Source: Chloroflexota bacterium
GTDB lineage: Bacteria > Chloroflexota > UBA11872 > VXOZ01
Assembly (NCBI GenBank): GCA_963663275.1
Contig: OY760183.1
Location: 1,952,001 to 2,016,000 of the forward strand
Length of the DNA: 64,000 bases
Direction: 5' to 3'
Each line of letters starts with the position of its first letter. The first letter of the stretch is position 1. Under the pieces are notes generated by a model that saw only the letters and a program-made list of their open reading frames with translations, was not told where the DNA came from and did no database searches. Below, in pieces: positions 59,381 through 64,000 of this stretch. Position numbers and translations under genes: made by a program.

Positions 59381-59973
59381 AGGTGGAGACCTTCGTGCGG
59401 GGACCGCTCCTCAACAACGTCTACCTGCTGTGGGACGAGCGGAGCAACGAGGCGGCCATCATCGATCCCGGCATCGGCAGCGACGATCTGCTGCGGAACA
59501 TCGAGGACAAACAACTGCAACTTCGCTATATCCTCAATACGCACCGCCACTTCGACCACGTCGATTGCGATGAGGTATTCCGCGAGCGGACCGGCGCGCC
59601 GATCGTGCTCCACCGCTACGACGCGGCGATATTAGAGGAAGAATTGGGAATCAAGGCGGACGTGCTCCTGGCCGGCGGGGAGGAGTTGCCGTTAGGCGGT
59701 CTTTCGATCCGCACGCTGCACACGCCGGGCCACTCGGCGGGCGGCATGTGCTTCCTGGTGGAGGACTGCCTCTTTGCGGGCGACACGCTCTTTGCCGGTT
59801 CGGTGGGCCGGAGCGATTTTCCCGATAGCGATGGGGCGCTCCTGCTCAAGGCAATCGCCGAGAAGATTCTGCCGCTGCCCGACGCCACCCGCGTCCTGCC
59901 AGGCCACGGCGAAGCGACGACGGTAGGCGCGGAACGCGCCCACAATCCCTTCCTACTCGGACACGCGAGCTAG
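59377..59973 (+). CDS. MBL-fold hydrolase (glyoxalase II-like)
   Basis: THRHFDH, HTPGH, GDTLF, PGHG. ATGA overlap with tatB. Confidence 0.92.
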   Translation: MKVETFVRGPLLNNVYLLWDERSNEAAIIDPGIGSDDLLRNIEDKQLQLRYILNTHRHFDHVDCDEVFRERTGAPIVLHRYDAAILEEELGIKADVLLAGGEELPLGGLSIRTLHTPGHSAGGMCFLVEDCLFAGDTLFAGSVGRSDFPDSDGALLLKAIAEKILPLPDATRVLPGHGEATTVGAERAHNPFLLGHAS

Positions 59974-60035
59974 CGGATACCACCCAATGCCGACGGGAAA
60001 GACTCTGGCAATCGAGAAGAGGAGTACTATCCGGC

Positions 60036-60851
60036 ATGAATAGCAAAGAGACGCACGAGCACGACCACGATCACGAGCATCACCAGGGGCGCTCGCTCAT
60101 TGCCCGGCAGCCGTATCGTCCGCCGCCGTGCGAGGCGGATGAGGACGAGGCAGGAGCGGCCGGGGCGGGCGAACCCGGCGCGCTCGCCCACGGCGGCGAG
60201 ACCCACGGCCACGCCGGCGACCGCGACCATGTCGAAGAACACGACCACGGCCACGCTGGAGAGCACGATGCGCACGGGCACGACGAGCATCGGCATGGGG
60301 ACGCGGCGGAGGCGCACAGTCACGACGCGGCGGCTGCGTCGTCGTCACCGGACGAACATCGCCAGGCCGGCGCGCGGCAGTTTCCCTCAATCGAGTGCGC
60401 GGTGATAACGGTGAGCGACACCCGCACGGAACTCGACGACAAGTCCGGCGCGCTCATCCAGAGCATGCTGCAAGAGGCCGGGCACGAGGTCGTCGGCTAC
60501 CGGCTGGTGAAGAACGACGCGCAGCAGATCACCCAGGCGCTGACGCACATGCTGGCGGGACGGGCGCGGTTCGTGATGCTCACCGGCGGCACCGGTCCCG
60601 GCACGCGGGACATTACGGTGGAAACCGTGCAGTCGCTGCTGGAGAAGGAACTTTCCGGCTTTGGCGAGTTGTTCCGCATCCTGAGTTACGAGGAGATCGG
60701 CGCCGCCACGATTCTGAGCCGCGCCACCGCCGGCCGCATCGGCAACAAATTCGTCGTCTGCTGCCCCGGTTCGTCCGGTGCGGTGCGCCTGGCGTTGAGC
60801 GAGATCCTGATCCCGGAGTTAGCCCACATTCTGCGTGAGATGAACCGGTGA
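60036..60851 (+). CDS. moaB: Molybdenum cofactor biosynthesis protein MoaB/Mog with His-rich N-terminus
   Basis: ITVSDTRT..DKSG, TGGTG..RDITVE, GFGELFR, SRATAG, PGS. Confidence 0.88.
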   Translation: MNSKETHEHDHDHEHHQGRSLIARQPYRPPPCEADEDEAGAAGAGEPGALAHGGETHGHAGDRDHVEEHDHGHAGEHDAHGHDEHRHGDAAEAHSHDAAAASSSPDEHRQAGARQFPSIECAVITVSDTRTELDDKSGALIQSMLQEAGHEVVGYRLVKNDAQQITQALTHMLAGRARFVMLTGGTGPGTRDITVETVQSLLEKELSGFGELFRILSYEEIGAATILSRATAGRIGNKFVVCCPGSSGAVRLALSEILIPELAHILREMNR

Positions 60852-60860
60852 GGTAGGCAC

Positions 60861-61685
60861 ATGCGAGCTTTGTTTCTCGGCACGGGCGCCGCTGAAGGCT
60901 ATCCGGCGGTATTCTGCGAATGCGCGCACTGTACTGCGGCGCGGGCGCGCGGGGGGCGCAACCTGCGCCGCCGCTCGGCGCTCATGGTGAATGACGACCT
61001 TCTGATAGACATGGGGCCCGACTTTGTAGCCGGCATGCATGGGACCGGCGCAAACTTCGGCCGGGTTGCCACCATGCTGATCACCCACGCCCACGGCGAT
61101 CACTTCTACCTGCCTAATCTCTATATGCGCCGCAGCAACTTCTGCGCCACCACTCCCGCGCACATGGAGGTCTACGGCACCGGCCCGACCGTGGCGGCGA
61201 TTACGTCTGAGGCCAAGGCGCGCGACCTACGCGAAGAGGAATTTCACCTGAGCCTCCACCGCATTCAACCGGGCGACTCCTGGCAGGCCGGGCGCTATCG
61301 GATCACAGCTTTTCCGGCGGCGCACGCGGAAGAACTGGTACCGGTGTTCTTCGCGTTGGAACAGGATGGCCGCACGCTGCTCTACGCAACGGACACCGGC
61401 CCCTTCCCCGATGAGACGTGGCGGCAGTTGCGGGACTTTCGCTTCGACTGCGCCATCATCGAATCGACGCTGGGAATCGGCCCGCCGGGCTCCCAGCATC
61501 TCTCGATGCACCAGTGCGCGGAGCACCACCAACGGCTGGCGGACGAGGGTCTGCTGCGGCCCGGCGCGAGGCGCTACGCCACGCACTTTTCCCATAACCG
61601 CACGCCGCCGTATCAGGAGTGCGTGGAGTTCTTCGCGCCGCACGGCATCGAGCCCGCGTATGATGGCTTGGCGGTCCAGGTCTAG
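60861..61685 (+). CDS. MBL-fold metallo-hydrolase (PhnP-like)
   Basis: LGTGAAEG..FCECAHC, THAHGDH, ATDTG, THFSH. Confidence 0.88.
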   Translation: MRALFLGTGAAEGYPAVFCECAHCTAARARGGRNLRRRSALMVNDDLLIDMGPDFVAGMHGTGANFGRVATMLITHAHGDHFYLPNLYMRRSNFCATTPAHMEVYGTGPTVAAITSEAKARDLREEEFHLSLHRIQPGDSWQAGRYRITAFPAAHAEELVPVFFALEQDGRTLLYATDTGPFPDETWRQLRDFRFDCAIIESTLGIGPPGSQHLSMHQCAEHHQRLADEGLLRPGARRYATHFSHNRTPPYQECVEFFAPHGIEPAYDGLAVQV

Positions 61686-61718
61686 GCAGTGTCCGCGACG
61701 TTGGGTGAGGCGAGGGAA

Positions 61719-63089
61719 ATGGGCATATCGCGCCGCAAATTGCTCAAGGCGGCCGGGTCGCTGACCGCTTTGCCGCTGCTGGCGGCTTGCGGCGGCAGCA
61801 TGCCGGATTCTATCCGGCCCGGCGGCGACTCCAACGTGCCGACGGTGCACGTGGTGGCACCGAACATCACGCTCATCTCCGCCACCAACCTGATTCGCGC
61901 CATCGAAGCCTGGAACGACGGCGGCATCGATCCGGACGGTCCGCGCGAGCGCTTCCGCATCTCGCTGCAGATCATCAAGGCGCGTGAAGACGGCGGCCGG
62001 CCGGCCGGCGGCGCGCCGCCGACGTGGACGTACTTTCGCCGGGGCATCGACGCCGAAATTGCCGCCGGGCGTCCGGCGGACGTCGCCATGCTCACCGGCG
62101 GCATCTTCACGCTGCCGGGCATTGCCAGTCCGTTTTTTGGGCCGCTCAATGACTTCACGCAGCGCGACCGGGGCTTCTTGAACGAGTTTCTGCCGCAGGC
62201 GGTGGCGGCGACGACGTTTGGCGGGCGCGTGCAAGCGGTGCCGGTGGTGCTCGGCGCGGGCGTGATGGCCTGGAGCCCCGATCGCTTTGACGATACCGAC
62301 CTGCCGCCTCCGCCGGAATCGTGGACGTGGGACGACCTGGCGGCGCTGGGCCGGCAATTCATGGAGGCGGCCCGGGCGCGCAACAAGCGTGACTGGTGGG
62401 CAATCGGCGAGGGTCTCCACGCCGCCCTGTGGGCGCACCTGATGACACAGTCCGGCGGCGGCGTGCTGGACATGGAGGAGGGGCGGCTGAGCCTGACCGC
62501 GGAGAGCAGCCGGGCGGCGCTCCAACGGTGGCGCGACCTGGCGCACACCCACCGCATCATGCCGACGGGCGCGAACATGTCCTACCACGACATGACGCGC
62601 CTTGTGCCGCGCAGCAATGCCGCGCTCCATCACGCCATGGTCTACTCCGGCGAAAACATCGGCCGCGGCTGGAAGATACAGCATTCGCCGGCTTTCGCCG
62701 GGAACGCGCGAAGCTCGCTCTACGTGATGGACGTAATGGGCATCCACGGCAAGTCGGTGCAGACCGATTTGGCGTACGAGGCTATCAAGGCGCTGGCGCC
62801 TTACGTGGCGCGGCGCTCGATGGCGCCGGCGTGGATCCCGGCCCTGAAGTACGTGGAGAAGCCATCGGGCGAACGCCCGGAACTGGCAATGGTGGAAGAG
62901 CGCGTGCCGGTGGTGATGGAGGCGCTGCGCAACGGGCGGGGCACGATGACTCTGCCCTGGACGGAAATCGGCGCGCTGCTGACGCGAAACATGATCGAGC
63001 CGCTCTACTCCGGCGAACTCGACGTGGCCGCCGCTACCGAGCGGGGAACGCGGGCCGTGGCGAACGCCCTGCCGGGGGTGCTGGTCTAG
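61719..63089 (+). CDS. Tat-exported solute-binding lipoprotein (divergent SBP family 1)
   Basis: ISRRKLLK, lipobox LAAC, WTWDDL. Confidence 0.75.
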   Translation: MGISRRKLLKAAGSLTALPLLAACGGSMPDSIRPGGDSNVPTVHVVAPNITLISATNLIRAIEAWNDGGIDPDGPRERFRISLQIIKAREDGGRPAGGAPPTWTYFRRGIDAEIAAGRPADVAMLTGGIFTLPGIASPFFGPLNDFTQRDRGFLNEFLPQAVAATTFGGRVQAVPVVLGAGVMAWSPDRFDDTDLPPPPESWTWDDLAALGRQFMEAARARNKRDWWAIGEGLHAALWAHLMTQSGGGVLDMEEGRLSLTAESSRAALQRWRDLAHTHRIMPTGANMSYHDMTRLVPRSNAALHHAMVYSGENIGRGWKIQHSPAFAGNARSSLYVMDVMGIHGKSVQTDLAYEAIKALAPYVARRSMAPAWIPALKYVEKPSGERPELAMVEERVPVVMEALRNGRGTMTLPWTEIGALLTRNMIEPLYSGELDVAAATERGTRAVANALPGVLV

Positions 63090-63099
63090 GAGCGGCCGG

Positions 63100-63480
63100 T
63101 CAAGTAACCAGCGGCTCCAGCTTCTGCAGCAGGGCCTCTACCCGCTCGATGCCCTCTTCCACGAACTCATCCGTCTGCCAATTCTCGTAGAAATTCATGT
63201 GCAACGAATTGGCTCTGCCGAAGAGGTCGCGAATCCGAGGATCGTTCGTTTCGTGATAGATTCTATCGATTGCCTCAAAGAGAAACCGGTGCCCGTTGTG
63301 CTGCCACCCGCGCTGCTGAGCCACGGCCTTGACGGCATGAGCGGCCGCGCCCCAGGCTTTCTCCGAGGCTTGCAGCCGGTCGCCCTGGGCAAACTCCGCT
63401 TGCGCCTGGCGCAGGAATTGGCGGCTGATGCGCAGGTGTTCTTCCACTTTGGGGTCTCTGCCGTTTACTTGAGTCGCCAC
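63100..63480 (-). CDS. PaREP1-family (HEPN-like) protein
   Basis: QASEKAWGAAA, LHMNFYE. Confidence 0.85.
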   Translation of the reverse strand: MATQVNGRDPKVEEHLRISRQFLRQAQAEFAQGDRLQASEKAWGAAAHAVKAVAQQRGWQHNGHRFLFEAIDRIYHETNDPRIRDLFGRANSLHMNFYENWQTDEFVEEGIERVEALLQKLEPLVT

Positions 63481-63556
63481 AATGCGCCTCGCATTCCGCT
63501 GCTGCCTTGCCAGTCGTAGGTGGACTTTCCTTGTTCCATTCTACTCCACTTGCTCT

Positions 63557-64000
63557 TCAGTCGTTCCAGCCAGCCGGGCGCGTGCCGTCGGCGACTGCCG
63601 CCAGACGCTCCAGGTAGCGTTCCCAGCCTTCCGCGTGGATGTCGCGCTCCATGGCCGGCGCGGCGGCGAAACCGGTTTGCCGCAGGCATAGCGCGGTCTC
63701 ATTGCCGGCGCGCTCGAGCGTGAAGCGCACGTGGAGCGGCGGGAACGTCCAGTCCGGATGATGCCAGGTGAAGCCAAAGCGGGAGTCCGCGGCAAATTCG
63801 GTTACTTCACCGAAAAACACGCTCACCGAACCGTTGTCGTTGAAGAAGACGAATTCCACCGCGCCTCCCGCGCGAGGCTCGATACCGGAAACCTGCGCAA
63901 ACCAGAGGGCAATGCGGTCGGGGTCGGTGAGCAGCCGGAAGACGCGCGCCGGCGGAGCCGCGATGCGCAGCGAGATTTCAAGCGCGTCCGCCGGAGCGTC
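63557..64000 (-). CDS. SRPBCC/AHA1-domain protein (5' end outside the window)
   Basis: Translation from the window edge gives IAAPPARVFRLLTDPDRIALWF...FTW...GWERYLERL. Confidence 0.85.
   Translation of the reverse strand, partial: DAPADALEISLRIAAPPARVFRLLTDPDRIALWFAQVSGIEPRAGGAVEFVFFNDNGSVSVFFGEVTEFAADSRFGFTWHHPDWTFPPLHVRFTLERAGNETALCLRQTGFAAAPAMERDIHAEGWERYLERLAAVADGTRPAGWND

Overview
This is a GC-rich bacterial chromosomal window. By inference it belongs to Chloroflexota: it has a dnaG-rpoD pair, orphan twin-arginine solute-binding lipoproteins, a PBP1A with an Ig-like tail, and PaREP1 paralogs. Housekeeping genes are dnaG, rpoD, galU, ftsZ, parA, thiE, mnmG, rplY, purE, purK, a stand-alone PurH N-terminal domain, tatB and moaB. 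These are mixed with many catabolic enzymes: DapA-like, Gfo/Idh/MocA, amidohydrolases, enolase superfamily, M20/M14 deacylases, an Ldh2 tandem pair and an aldo-keto reductase. The window also holds an ABC-2 exporter, an HTTM plus imelysin pair, an MNT-HEPN toxin-antitoxin pair and an orphan PD-(D/E)XK-like nuclease. I recognised no tRNA, rRNA, CRISPR array, transposase or prophage. Intergenic DNA is dense with several families of palindromic REP/MITE-like elements, including a four-layer nested element with target-site duplications, and with degenerate tandem arrays. The most notable observations are: a TatB fused to a Cys-rich V4R/MetOD1-like domain; a parA-ftsZ operon outside the dcw cluster; a REP-derived 16 x 15-bp array open in the purK frame that encodes xxxGF repeats; an unannotated small transcription unit (promoter, hairpins, SD and a 10-codon ORF); and a glucuronokinase-like kinase coupled to galU. 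All family assignments come from motif recognition by eye, not from database searches.
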